Shown here: positions 18,893 to 28,663 of the stretch, one piece after another | Position numbering within the stretch: position 1 is the stretch's first letter | Layout: every line of letters begins with the position of its first letter | Sequence record: SRR2962707_2486 | DNA: 39,164 nucleotides | Reading direction: 5' to 3' (one strand) | The notes under the pieces: generated by a model | Databases searched by the model: none | The model's input: the letters and a program-made list of their open reading frames with translations, nothing else | What the model was told of the DNA's origin: nothing | Program-made: the position numbers and the translations under genes

Positions 18893-19354
18893 CTATGCAG
18901 GTACAAAAACCAAAGACACGCCGTTGATGCAGTGGCGTTTTCCGGTAGGTGCAGGCCCATCGTTAAAGATATGACCCAGATGAGAACCGCATCGGCTGCA
19001 ATGACATTCAGTACGTTTGATCAACAACTTCCGGTCCGACTTGGTTTCGATGCCATTTGGAAGAGCGCGCACAAAACTGGGCCAGCCTGTCCCGCTGTCA
19101 AACTTGTCTTCTGAAGAGTAAAGCGGCAGATCACAGCCACGACAGATGAAGGTTCCCTTGCGCGATTCCTTATCCAAAGGCGACGAAAATGCACGCTCAG
19201 TCCCCTCTTTTCGCATCACTTTATATTCAAGACTGCTTAGCATCTCCTTCCATTCAGCGGTGCTGCGGGTCACTTCAAAAGTTTTGGATTGAGCAGCTGT
19301 CACACCGAGCCCGATGGCTGCGGCAGAGCTGGCAAGAAATAGTCGGCGATTCAT
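18893..19354 (-). CDS. msrB: Peptide-methionine (R)-S-oxide reductase MsrB, Tat-exported
   Basis: Start ATG 19354 after GAGGAG; NRRLFL twin-arginine signal; GTERAF, CRGC, KFDSGTGWPSF, CSRC, HLGHIF.DGP, RHCING. Confidence 0.95.
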   Translation of the reverse strand: MNRRLFLASSAAAIGLGVTAAQSKTFEVTRSTAEWKEMLSSLEYKVMRKEGTERAFSSPLDKESRKGTFICRGCDLPLYSSEDKFDSGTGWPSFVRALPNGIETKSDRKLLIKRTECHCSRCGSHLGHIFNDGPAPTGKRHCINGVSLVFVPA

Positions 19355-19967
19355 TTTGTGGCTCCTCTTTGGCCCTGAAAATGGCGCCAGACAGCGCAAC
19401 ACGCAAATCAATCAGAGTGAACTCTACGTGACTGGATGTAACGATTTGAGCCTAGTGTACCAGTGCGCCACGTGGGAAGCCGTCACTCCCAAATCCAGCA
19501 AGCCTTTGGAACAACAAAGGCACGTCATTAACATTCGCCCGGCCGATCAGGGTGAAGACGGAGCCGCCGCCTCCTTAGAAAGGTCCAGCAACCTTGAAAG
19601 GCCGCTCGTCGGCACATGCCCGACGCAGTTGCATTGGTCGACGCCCGGTTTGTTACGCTGCTTATTGTGAAAACTCGGTCCTACCCCGTTTACGACGGTC
19701 TTTCACTGAGTTGAAAATAATTGACGGAATTGAACGCAGCAAAAAGCGGTTGATTTAGATCGGCGAGATCGGCGCCCTATCGTATGTTAGGGTCGGTTCA
19801 TTCAATCGATCCCTAAGCAAAAAGGCGGCCCTCCTAGCTCAATTTCTTCCCTGCAGAACCTCGATCCGCCAACAGGGCCGATTTCTGACGATGTGGGCCT
19901 TGCCCCTTCCTTCGATATGGTGCACCAACGAGCGAACAATCCGAGCCGAAAGAAGGACACACGCACC

Positions 19968-20954
19968 ATGGCTGATGGTATGATCGATATCGATGCAAAA
20001 CCAACCCAAGAAATCTCGGTTCGTGAAGTCTTTGGTATCGACTCGGATATGGTTGTGCATGGGTTTCCTGAAAACTCTGACCGGGTTCCCGAAGTCGATA
20101 GCACGTACAAATTCGACCCGGACACGACGCTCGCCATTCTGGCCGGTTTCCGCAACAACCGCCGCGTGATGATCCAAGGTTACCATGGTACAGGTAAGTC
20201 GACCCATATCGAACAAGTCGCGTCGCGCCTGAACTGGCCAACCGTTCGCGTCAACTTGGACAGCCACATAAGCCGAATTGACCTGATCGGGAAAGACGCG
20301 ATCAAACTGGTAGACGGTAAGCAGGTTACTGAATTCCAGGAAGGTATTCTGCCTTGGGCGCTGCGCACACCAACGGCGATTGTTTTTGACGAATATGACG
20401 CCGGCCGCGCAGACGTGATGTTTGTGATCCAACGTGTTCTCGAAGTTGACGGCAAGCTGACGCTTCTGGATCAGAACAAAGTCATCACGCCGCACCCGTA
20501 TTTCCGTATTTTCGCGACAGCCAACACCGTTGGCTTGGGCGACACGACCGGTCTGTATCACGGCACCCAACAGATCAACCAAGGTCAGATGGACCGCTGG
20601 TCGTTGGTCGCCACGCTGAACTATCTGTCAATCGATGCCGAAACCTCCATCGTTTTGTCCAAGGCCCCACACTACAATAACGAAAAAGGCCGTAAGACGA
20701 TTAAGCAGATGGTAACGGTTGCTGATTTCACCCGCCGCGCCTTTATGAATGGTGAATTGTCGACAGTTATGTCGCCACGAACTGTTATCGCCTGGGCACA
20801 GAACGCTGAAATCTTCCGCAATGTCGGCTATGCCTTCCGGCTTTCGTTCCTCAACAAATGTGACGAACTTGAGCGCCAGACAGTTGCTGAATTCTATCAG
20901 CGCTGTTTTGACGAAGAGCTTCCTGAAAGCGCGGCAAGTATTTCGCTCGGCTGA
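19968..20954 (+). CDS. cobS: Cobaltochelatase subunit CobS (AAA+ ATPase)
   Basis: ATG 19968 after [14 protein letters not shown] Walker A, FDEYD Walker [24 protein letters not shown]. Confidence 0.97.
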   Translation: MADGMIDIDAKPTQEISVREVFGIDSDMVVHGFPENSDRVPEVDSTYKFDPDTTLAILAGFRNNRRVMIQGYHGTGKSTHIEQVASRLNWPTVRVNLDSHISRIDLIGKDAIKLVDGKQVTEFQEGILPWALRTPTAIVFDEYDAGRADVMFVIQRVLEVDGKLTLLDQNKVITPHPYFRIFATANTVGLGDTTGLYHGTQQINQGQMDRWSLVATLNYLSIDAETSIVLSKAPHYNNEKGRKTIKQMVTVADFTRRAFMNGELSTVMSPRTVIAWAQNAEIFRNVGYAFRLSFLNKCDELERQTVAEFYQRCFDEELPESAASISLG

Positions 20955-20986
20955 TACCAAGCCAGAGCCAGTATTCGGAAAAGCCT

Positions 20987-21016
20987 AAGCCCTGAACCTC
21001 CGGTTCGGGGCTTTTT
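20987..21016 (+). terminator. Rho-independent terminator after cobS
   Basis: AAGCCCTGAACC-TCC-GGTTCGGGGCTT + TTT. Confidence 0.82.
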
Positions 21017-21213
21017 ACATTCTGGCCTCTTCTTCAAGGCTTGCCTGTATGGATCTGAACGCAAACCCCATGCTTCAAGTGAACAAACGCCAGTAACATC
21101 ATGTGTTGGAGTAAACTTTCTGCATCTGCGCAATGTTGCAGCTTCGCAACGGGCGTCAAAAGTTTATATTTCGCCTAACTATTGACCTATCATTTTAGCC
21201 TTATGATTAAGTC

Positions 21214-21618
21214 ATGGGCGATTTGCGAACACATATCAGCGGAATTTTCCTGGCACTTTGTTTAAGTGCAAGTAACCCGGTTTATGCGGATGTCACACCG
21301 CAGGTCCGCATGTTTGCAACCTGCACAGGACGCCTCTCAGCGTTAATGGAACATCAATGGATGTTTGACGGCGACGCCTCGGAAGTGACCGAGGCGCGTC
21401 GTGCCACCTTTGTCACCTTGCTGGATAGCCTACTTCCCTACGCCAAGGAGGATGGCATCCAAGGGCAGGATGTTTTGAATTGGCGGATAGAAGCCAAAAT
21501 GGCGCAATCTGAATTGCTGCAACGCGCCGTGTTCGGCACGTCAGAACGGGAAACGAAACGCGCAGTGATCGTTTCGAACCGGTTTCTCGCACAATGTACA
21601 AGCCTGCTCCTAAGTTGA
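21214..21618 (+). CDS. Hypothetical secreted protein
   Basis: 134-aa ORF filling the cobS-cobT gap; signal-peptide-like N terminus (..VYA|D); Cys near each end of the mature chain. Confidence 0.75.
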   Translation: MGDLRTHISGIFLALCLSASNPVYADVTPQVRMFATCTGRLSALMEHQWMFDGDASEVTEARRATFVTLLDSLLPYAKEDGIQGQDVLNWRIEAKMAQSELLQRAVFGTSERETKRAVIVSNRFLAQCTSLLLS

Positions 21619-21675
21619 GCACCGCTTTGTGAAAATGCCCTTGCCAATTGCTCGGTGAGAGTTGAAAACCATTTC

Positions 21676-23553
21676 ATGGCAAAGCAATCGGACAACCCCG
21701 CTGATCCCTTCAAAAAAGCCCTCGCGGACGCCACCAAAGTTATGGCGGACGACTCAGAGCTGAAGGTGAATTTCACCGTCGATCCCTCAGGGGTATCCGG
21801 CGATTCAATGCGGTTGCCGCAAGTCAGCCGCAGAATGACGCGGGACGAAGTGCTTTTGGCGCGGGGCACAGCGGATGCCCTGGCCCTGCACCACCGCTAT
21901 CACGATGCGGCGACCCACTCGCGCTATGTCCCGCCCGGGGATATGGCCCGCGAAATCTATGAAGCGATGGAAACCGCGCGATGCGAAGCCATGGGGGCCC
22001 GCGACATGCCTGGCACCGCAGGCAACATCGACGCCAAGATCAATCAAGACGCGCAACGGCGCGGCTTTGATCAGGTGCGTGATGCCTCTGATGCCCCCTT
22101 GGCTGCCGCTGCGGGTTATCTTGTTCGTCATCTCGCCACAGGTCGGGACCTTCCCCCCGGCGCGCAGAACGTCATGGAATTATGGCGACCCTTTATTGAA
22201 GGGCAAACCGGCGATTCCCTGGAAACGCTGGAAGAGCGTCTTGCAGACCAGACGGATTTTGCAAAGTTCGCCCGCCGCTTGATTACAGATCTTGGCTATG
22301 GCGACCAACTTGGCGAAGACCCGGATGAAGCGGACGAAGACGCAGAAGATCAAGCTGAAGACAGCGGAGAAGAGGACGAAAATCCCGACTCCACTGGCAA
22401 TGACGAACAGGACGAGGAAGAAGCGGAAGCCAACCCTGAACAAAGTCAGGACGAAACCCAGGATTCCAGTCAGGCTCAGGTGTCCATGGACGAAATGGCC
22501 GATCAGGAGCTGGGCGATGAAGCCGAGATGCCGGACGGCGAAGCCCCTCTGGAGCCGCCCCAACCTGCGCCCCATTCCGAAGCGGATCCCGACTATGCCG
22601 TCTTTGATACCAGCAATGACGAAGAAATCGCCGCCGAAGATCTGGCCGACCCGGTCGAGCTTGAACGCCTGCGCGCCTATCTTGATCAACAGCTGGAACC
22701 GCTGAAGGGCGCTGTAAGCCGGTTGGCCAACAAACTGCAACGCCGTTTGCAGGCCCAGCAGAACCGCAGCTGGGAATTTGATCTTGAAGAAGGCACTTTG
22801 GATGCCGGGCGTCTTGCCCGCGTGGTTGCCAACCCAACGACACCGCTGAGCTTTAAGGTTGAGAAAGACACAGAATTCCGCGACACAGTTGTGACGCTTC
22901 TTCTGGACAACTCAGGCTCAATGCGCGGCCGCCCGATCTCGATCGCGGCCATTTGCGCCGATGTTCTGGCGCGCACGCTGGAACGTTGCAATGTGAAGGT
23001 CGAAATTCTTGGCTTCACGACCCGCGCCTGGAAAGGCGGTCAAGCACGTGAACGGTGGCTTAATGAGGGCCGTGAGCAACAGCCGGGTCGATTGAATGAC
23101 TTGCGTCACATCATCTACAAGCGCGCCGACGCCCCTTGGCGGCGGACCCGCGATAACCTTGGTCTGATGATGAAAGAAGGCCTGTTAAAAGAAAACATTG
23201 ACGGTGAAGCTTTGGAATGGGCCCACCGACGGATGAGCGGACGCCCCGAAGCGCGCAAAATCCTGATGGTGATTTCGGACGGCGCGCCAGTGGATGATTC
23301 CACTCTTAGCGTCAATCCGGCGAACTTCCTGGAAAAACACTTGCGCGACGTGATCGCCATGGTCGAAAAACGCCGTCAGGTCGAGCTTTTGGCCATTGGG
23401 ATCGGCCATGACGTGACCCGTTACTATGAACGTGCCGTTACCATTACCGATGTGGAACAATTGGCCGGGGCCATGACAGAACAGCTGGCATCCTTGTTTG
23501 ACAGTGACCCCCGCGCCCGGGCCCGTGTCATGGGGCTGCGCAACGCGTCCTGA
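21676..23553 (+). CDS. cobT: Cobaltochelatase subunit CobT
   Basis: ATG 21676; [11 protein letters not shown], acidic linker, vWA domain [31 protein letters not shown]. Confidence 0.97.
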   Translation: MAKQSDNPADPFKKALADATKVMADDSELKVNFTVDPSGVSGDSMRLPQVSRRMTRDEVLLARGTADALALHHRYHDAATHSRYVPPGDMAREIYEAMETARCEAMGARDMPGTAGNIDAKINQDAQRRGFDQVRDASDAPLAAAAGYLVRHLATGRDLPPGAQNVMELWRPFIEGQTGDSLETLEERLADQTDFAKFARRLITDLGYGDQLGEDPDEADEDAEDQAEDSGEEDENPDSTGNDEQDEEEAEANPEQSQDETQDSSQAQVSMDEMADQELGDEAEMPDGEAPLEPPQPAPHSEADPDYAVFDTSNDEEIAAEDLADPVELERLRAYLDQQLEPLKGAVSRLANKLQRRLQAQQNRSWEFDLEEGTLDAGRLARVVANPTTPLSFKVEKDTEFRDTVVTLLLDNSGSMRGRPISIAAICADVLARTLERCNVKVEILGFTTRAWKGGQARERWLNEGREQQPGRLNDLRHIIYKRADAPWRRTRDNLGLMMKEGLLKENIDGEALEWAHRRMSGRPEARKILMVISDGAPVDDSTLSVNPANFLEKHLRDVIAMVEKRRQVELLAIGIGHDVTRYYERAVTITDVEQLAGAMTEQLASLFDSDPRARARVMGLRNAS

Positions 23554-23600
23554 CGTCGGACCCCGACTGCTGAGGGTTCGACCGTTTTGCAGACCAACGT

Positions 23601-23652
23601 GGGGGGCTGTCTGCCCCCCACACCCCCCGAGGATATTTTCGGCCAAAAGATA
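23601..23652 (-). repeat. Dispersed intergenic repeat, copy C (subtype 1)
   Basis: Reverse complement TATCTTTTGGCCGAAAATATCCTCGGGGGGTG-TGGGGGGC-AGACA-GCCCCCC; colinear with copy A minus its inner hairpin. Confidence 0.88.
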
Positions 23653-23740
23653 CAACAACCGCGTTTGTTTTTTTCGTGGACAGGTTGCCTTACCGGGCAG
23701 AACCGGGTTGTTTTGGCGCGCCACGTACTGGGAGTTAGCA

Positions 23741-25519
23741 ATGTTTCAAACTTACGAAAACACCGCGTCGCCGGAAACCGGCCCGGTACGGCTCACTGCA
23801 TTGCGTCAGGAAATGGGGCGCGCGGGGCTGGATGGCTTTATCATTCCGCGCGCCGACGCCCATCAGGGTGAATACGTGGCCCCGCATGACGACAGGCTGG
23901 CTTGGTTGACCGGCTTTACCGGCTCTGCAGGGTATTGTGTCGCCTTGGCCAAGGAAGCGGGGGTCTTTGTGGATGGGCGTTATCGGGTTCAAGTCCGTTC
24001 GCAAGTGGCGGATGACTTCACCCCTGTGGATTGGCCGGAAGTGACGTTGGCCCAGTGGATCAGCGCGCGCTTGCCAAAGGCCAGCCGTGTCGGAATTGAT
24101 CCGTGGTTGCACTCTGTCGCCCAGTTGAAAGATTTGGAAACCGGCCTTCCCGGTGTTGACTTGGTCCGATCTGCCAATCTGGTGGACGCCGTATGGGATG
24201 ATCAGCCCGCCCCACCGCAGGGTGCGGTGTTTAAACAACCGGTCAATCTGGCTGGGGAAGCCCACGAGGCCAAGATCGCGCGTTTGGCTAGCAATTTGGG
24301 TGGCGCCAAAGTCGCTGTGCTTACCCTGCCGGACTCGATTGCGTGGCTACTAAATATCAGGGGCAGTGATATCCCCCGTAATCCTGTCCCCCATGGCTTT
24401 GCGTTGCTTCATGCCTCGGGTACCGTGACCTTGTTTATGGCGGCCGCCAAGTTGAACGGGATTGATTTGGGTCCCCTTGTCGACATTCACGCCCCGGAAA
24501 CGTTCCTGGAGCAGGTTGCGCAGCTCGACGGGCCGGTTTTGGTCGACGCAAATTCTGTTCCCGTTGCCGTCTATGACGTTCTGTCCGCGTCGGGATCGGA
24601 CATCATCGAGGGAGAGGATCCCTGTAGCCTGCCGAAGGCTTGTAAAAACCCGGTGGAAATTACCGGAAGTCGCGAAGCCCATCTTCGGGACGGCGCGGCG
24701 GTGGTCCGGTTTCTGGCCTGGCTCGATGCCCAGCCAGCTGGCAGTCTGACCGAGATTGCGGTGGCTCAGGCGCTCGAAGCGCAACGCAGTGCCACCAACG
24801 CTTTGCGGGATATCAGCTTTGAAACCATTAGCGGTGCCGGCGCGCATGGGGCCATTGTGCATTACCGTGTAACAGAGAGTACCGACGTGCCGGTAGAAGA
24901 CGGCCAGCTGCTGTTGGTCGACAGTGGCGGTCAATATGTCGATGGCACCACTGACATCACCCGGACCATGGCGATTGGCGACGTCGGACAGGAAGAAAAG
25001 CTTAGTTTCACCCGCGTATTGCAGGGCATGATTGCGATATCCAAGTTGCGGTTTCCCAAAGGGATGGCTGGGCGGGACATTGATGTTCTGGCACGGGTGC
25101 GCCTCTGGGAGGCCGGGCTGGACTATGCCCATGGCACCGGACACGGGGTCGGCTCATATCTGTCTGTTCACGAAGGTCCGCAACGGTTGGCGCGATCAGG
25201 GACCGTGCCGTTTTTGCCGGGCATGATCCTGTCCAATGAGCCCGGGTTTTACCGCGAAGGGGCCTATGGCATTCGAATCGAGAATCTTATTGTTGTGGAG
25301 TCTGCCCCTGCCTTGCCCGGCCAGACCGTTTCCGAGATGCTGCAGTTTGAAACGCTGACATTTGTTCCAATTGATCGCCGGCTTATTGTGGAGGATCTAT
25401 TGACCGCCGACGAACGCAATTGGCTGAATTCATATCACAAACAAGTCCATGAAAAAATCGGTCCGCTGGTCGATGGGGCTGTGGCTAAATGGCTTGAAAC
25501 AGCCTGCGCGCCTTTGTGA
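23741..25519 (+). CDS. Aminopeptidase P family (M24B, Xaa-Pro aminopeptidase)
   Basis: ATG 23741 after GGAG; DAHQGEYV, DGRY, DSGGQY.DGTTDITRT, HGTGHGVG, SNEPGFY, GIRIEN. Confidence 0.95.
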   Translation: MFQTYENTASPETGPVRLTALRQEMGRAGLDGFIIPRADAHQGEYVAPHDDRLAWLTGFTGSAGYCVALAKEAGVFVDGRYRVQVRSQVADDFTPVDWPEVTLAQWISARLPKASRVGIDPWLHSVAQLKDLETGLPGVDLVRSANLVDAVWDDQPAPPQGAVFKQPVNLAGEAHEAKIARLASNLGGAKVAVLTLPDSIAWLLNIRGSDIPRNPVPHGFALLHASGTVTLFMAAAKLNGIDLGPLVDIHAPETFLEQVAQLDGPVLVDANSVPVAVYDVLSASGSDIIEGEDPCSLPKACKNPVEITGSREAHLRDGAAVVRFLAWLDAQPAGSLTEIAVAQALEAQRSATNALRDISFETISGAGAHGAIVHYRVTESTDVPVEDGQLLLVDSGGQYVDGTTDITRTMAIGDVGQEEKLSFTRVLQGMIAISKLRFPKGMAGRDIDVLARVRLWEAGLDYAHGTGHGVGSYLSVHEGPQRLARSGTVPFLPGMILSNEPGFYREGAYGIRIENLIVVESAPALPGQTVSEMLQFETLTFVPIDRRLIVEDLLTADERNWLNSYHKQVHEKIGPLVDGAVAKWLETACAPL

Positions 25520-25579
25520 CATTTTACTGTTACCTTTTTCGGGGCATAAAGCGACCTCAAGAACAATGGGAGCGACATT

Positions 25580-25924
25580 TTGAGCAATCAAATCACTATT
25601 CGGCCGGCACAAGGCACTTGGGTTGTCCGCGCAGGCGGTGCAGTCTTGGGAGAAAGTTCTGCAACTCTTGAATTGACAGAAGGTGACTACCCTCCAGTCA
25701 TATATTTTCCCCGAGCAGATATGGCCATGGCTTTTCTTGAACCCAGCGAGCATAGCTCTTTTTGCCCGTTCAAAGGGACGGCACGCTATTTCTCGATAGA
25801 AACAAAATCGACAACCTTGAAAGATGCGGTTTGGTCTTATGAAGACCCAAACCCAGAAGCCGCAGAGATCGCGGGTTATCTCGCCTTTTACACAAGCGAA
25901 AATCTGGCCGTCGAGCAGCTGTAA
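25580..25924 (+). CDS. DUF427 domain protein
   Basis: E..YPPVIYFP, S.CPFKG.A.Y, AVWSY..P, IAGYLAFY; TTG start after GGGAG. Confidence 0.9.
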   Translation: MSNQITIRPAQGTWVVRAGGAVLGESSATLELTEGDYPPVIYFPRADMAMAFLEPSEHSSFCPFKGTARYFSIETKSTTLKDAVWSYEDPNPEAAEIAGYLAFYTSENLAVEQL

Positions 25925-26019
25925 CGTCGCTGCGTGACATCGCACTGATTGGGGGATCCGCAAGGCCAAAAGGTATTGCGCCCCAACCAGAGCCAATTGC
26001 AATTACCCTCTTCACTTTG

Positions 26020-27714
26020 TTAGCTGTGCTCTTCCTCAGCCGTGGCGGTTAGCGCCCGATTGTAAGCCTTCAGTGCATCCAGATGGAACAAGGCGCCCTG
26101 TAGTTCCGGATGTTGGTCTTCTCCGACAAGCGTCACCACAGGCAAAAACGTGGCGCCGGACTTATCAAACAGAGGTAAGGCGGTTTCCAAGGTCGCGGTC
26201 GCTTGGACAAACAAGCCTTGATCGATCATCTGCTGACACAGCGCTTCATCAGCAGCCCCGTCGTCGAAAGGCTTTCGCATCACCCCCTGCACCCGGAACA
26301 TGGCCAGCAAATAGGCCTGTGGTCCCGCCGCCAGATGAACATTGCGCCGTTCAAGCTGGGTCAGGAAAAACGATCGATCGACAAGTCGAGAAGCCAAGGC
26401 CGTCGACATTGACACGGAAACCATCACTGCGAGCCCAGTCTGCCAGTCCCCCGTTAACTCAAACACAATCAATGTGGTCGAGATCGGGGCCCCCAAGACC
26501 GCAGCAGCAACAGCCCCCATGCCGGCCAAAGCATACAGCGTCGACGCCCCGGATTGATTGGGGAAGAACCCGGTCGCGATTAAGCCAAAAGCCAAGCCAG
26601 TCAGAGCACCAACCATTAAGGACGGAGAGAATATCCCCCCTCCCATGCGTCCCGCCATGGTGATGGCAACGGCAAGGACCTTGAGAACGGCAAAGACGAT
26701 TGCCTCATGCAAGACCAGAGACCCAGTCAAAGCCCGGGACGTGGTCTCGTATCCCACACCAATGATATGCGGGAACCAGATCGCCAGGCCGCCCAACAAC
26801 GCACCTGCCAAGGCGGGACGGGCCCAGTAAGGCAACCCAACTTTGTTCTGCAACGTCGTCTCAAGATCATCCGCCCAAAAAATCGTGCGCATCATCAATA
26901 CGGCGACGGCACCACAGACCAAACCTAGGATGAGAAAGGCCGGCAATTCGACATAGAATTCCAAGGTACTGGTGCCGGGCAACGCGAACTCTGTCACATC
27001 CCCAAAACTAAGGCGATTGATAACCGTCCCCGCAGCAGAGGCGATCACGATTGGCGCAAAGGCATGCAAAGCAAAATGGCGCAAAATGACCTCGAGCGCG
27101 AACAAAGTTCCAGCAATTGGGGCATTGAACGAAGCGCTGACCGCGGCGGCAACCGCGCAGCCAAGCAGATCCCGGCCAGTGATTCCATCCGCTCGAATTA
27201 GGTTACTCACCCAGCTCGACATCATGGCCGCAATATGAACCACCGGCCCTTCGCGACCAGTTGAGCCGCCTGTAGACAATGTAATCCAATGCGTCACCAT
27301 TGAGGCCAGCCCGGCCTTCTTTTCGACCCGCCCGTCGTTTATCGCCGCGCCTTCAATGACATCGGCTACGGCCCGTGCGCGCCCATCCGGGGTGGCAACG
27401 TGAAGAATAATGCCAACGGTCAGCCCCCCGGCCACCGGAATGGCCAAAACCCAGTACCAGGGAAGTGTTTCTGCGAAACTATGCAACAGGTGAACGTCAT
27501 GTGTGCCGTAGAGGGTGGCTTGCAGGGAATTGACCGCCCAGCGAAAGGCGACGGCCGCAAAACCCGAGGCGATGCCAATCACCAAGGCGATCAACCAGAA
27601 TTGCAATTGGCTTGGGCCCCGATGACGCAGCAAATCCCAACCCCGGCCGGCCATAGATTTCATGTCACGCAATTGACTGTGTTGCGGGGAGCTGGGGGGA
27701 TCTTGCCTGGCCAT
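26020..27714 (-). CDS. ClC family chloride channel/transporter with degenerate C-terminal CBS-like region
   Basis: GSTGREGP, FNAPIAG, GGIFSP, GAPIS motifs; many TM helices. Confidence 0.93.
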   Translation of the reverse strand: MARQDPPSSPQHSQLRDMKSMAGRGWDLLRHRGPSQLQFWLIALVIGIASGFAAVAFRWAVNSLQATLYGTHDVHLLHSFAETLPWYWVLAIPVAGGLTVGIILHVATPDGRARAVADVIEGAAINDGRVEKKAGLASMVTHWITLSTGGSTGREGPVVHIAAMMSSWVSNLIRADGITGRDLLGCAVAAAVSASFNAPIAGTLFALEVILRHFALHAFAPIVIASAAGTVINRLSFGDVTEFALPGTSTLEFYVELPAFLILGLVCGAVAVLMMRTIFWADDLETTLQNKVGLPYWARPALAGALLGGLAIWFPHIIGVGYETTSRALTGSLVLHEAIVFAVLKVLAVAITMAGRMGGGIFSPSLMVGALTGLAFGLIATGFFPNQSGASTLYALAGMGAVAAAVLGAPISTTLIVFELTGDWQTGLAVMVSVSMSTALASRLVDRSFFLTQLERRNVHLAAGPQAYLLAMFRVQGVMRKPFDDGAADEALCQQMIDQGLFVQATATLETALPLFDKSGATFLPVVTLVGEDQHPELQGALFHLDALKAYNRALTATAEEEHS

Positions 27715-27996
27715 TGGTCCTTTTCTCGGGTTTTAAAACCCTCATTTTCCGACAGGCATTTTGTTTCTACCCAGACATAGGTTTTTGCGTCGGGCCTGTT
27801 CGATATTCCGTGCTGTTGCCTTTCTTAGGGTATGGCCCTTATCGGTCCAAGTCGGTTCTGAATTTTCTTGTTCTGAGGAAAAGCAAAAGACGAGTATTTG
27901 CCCGTGGAATGTGATCCTCCTCTGACATTTGACTAAGCAGACGGCAAACCTTCAATGGTCCCGCATCGGGTGAGTTCTGTTTGTAGGCCCTTTCGG

Positions 27997-28043
27997 CCGG
28001 GGGCTCTGCCCCCGGGCCCCCGGAGTATTTTCAGAAAGATGAA
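27997..28043 (-). repeat. Dispersed intergenic repeat, copy D (subtype 2)
   Basis: Reverse complement TTCATCTTTCTGAAAATACTCCGGGGGC-CCGGGGGC-AGA-GCCCCCGG; begins 5 nt after the tetR stop. Confidence 0.82.
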
Positions 28044-28048
28044 AAGCA

Positions 28049-28648
28049 TTAAGTTGGTCCGATGATTTGAAACAGGTGCTTCAAGGCCTGCTCTGAGCGG
28101 TTCTCGCAGGTTTTTCGGTCAGGTTCTTCGAGCATCCCAATTGCCCGACGGATTTGTTGATCTCCGACCAAAAGATCGAGGTAGAGAGCCGCGGCTTTGT
28201 CAGGGTCAAGGGACGAGCGCCCCAAAAGATGCAGCTGTGAAAATATGGTGCTGATAAATGGGAATACTGAAGCGCGCCCTGCCTGTGTGAGGACCTTGCC
28301 CAGATCGCCACTTGGGTCTGCGGCCGCAGCGCGGTTGAGCGCGATCGCCCGGTCGCTGAGCAGCAATCTTAACAGCTTTGGCCCCAACAGCTTTAACATG
28401 TGGTCAGGGTCTGTCTGATCCGTCAGAGCGGCCTGGAGGAAAGTTTGAACCTCTTCGGCGTTGGTTTCAATTAAAGCGCGAAACAGGCCACGTTTGTCGC
28501 CGTACCAGCGGTAGAGCGTTTCATTTGATGCCCGCGCGTGTTTGGCGACGGCCAGCATGGAAAGGCCCTCATAGCCTTTTTCCGACAAAATCGAATAGGC
28601 CGACTGTGCGATTTGCAAATGTCGTTCTCTTTTGGCTTTGGGGATCAT
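28049..28648 (-). CDS. TetR/AcrR family transcriptional regulator
   Basis: N-terminal HTH: EKGYEGLSMLAVAKHARASNETLYRWYGDKRGLF. Confidence 0.93.
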   Translation of the reverse strand: MIPKAKRERHLQIAQSAYSILSEKGYEGLSMLAVAKHARASNETLYRWYGDKRGLFRALIETNAEEVQTFLQAALTDQTDPDHMLKLLGPKLLRLLLSDRAIALNRAAAADPSGDLGKVLTQAGRASVFPFISTIFSQLHLLGRSSLDPDKAAALYLDLLVGDQQIRRAIGMLEEPDRKTCENRSEQALKHLFQIIGPT

Positions 28649-28663
28649 CGGTTTTCCTCAGGC

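Noticed and set aside
19460-19490. Possible cobalamin riboswitch upstream of cobS (GCCAC..GGGAAG)
   Set aside because: Only a short fragment resembles the motif. I could not find the other conserved elements of the B12 riboswitch.
22300-22600. Highly acidic stretch in CobT
   Set aside because: Known acidic linker of CobT; not an insertion.
23498-23740. 81-aa N-terminal extension of aminopeptidase P reading through repeat copy C
   Set aside because: It overlaps the cobT 3' end and has non-protein-like composition, and a good GGAG + ATG exists at 23741. The open frame through the GC-rich repeat is probably incidental.
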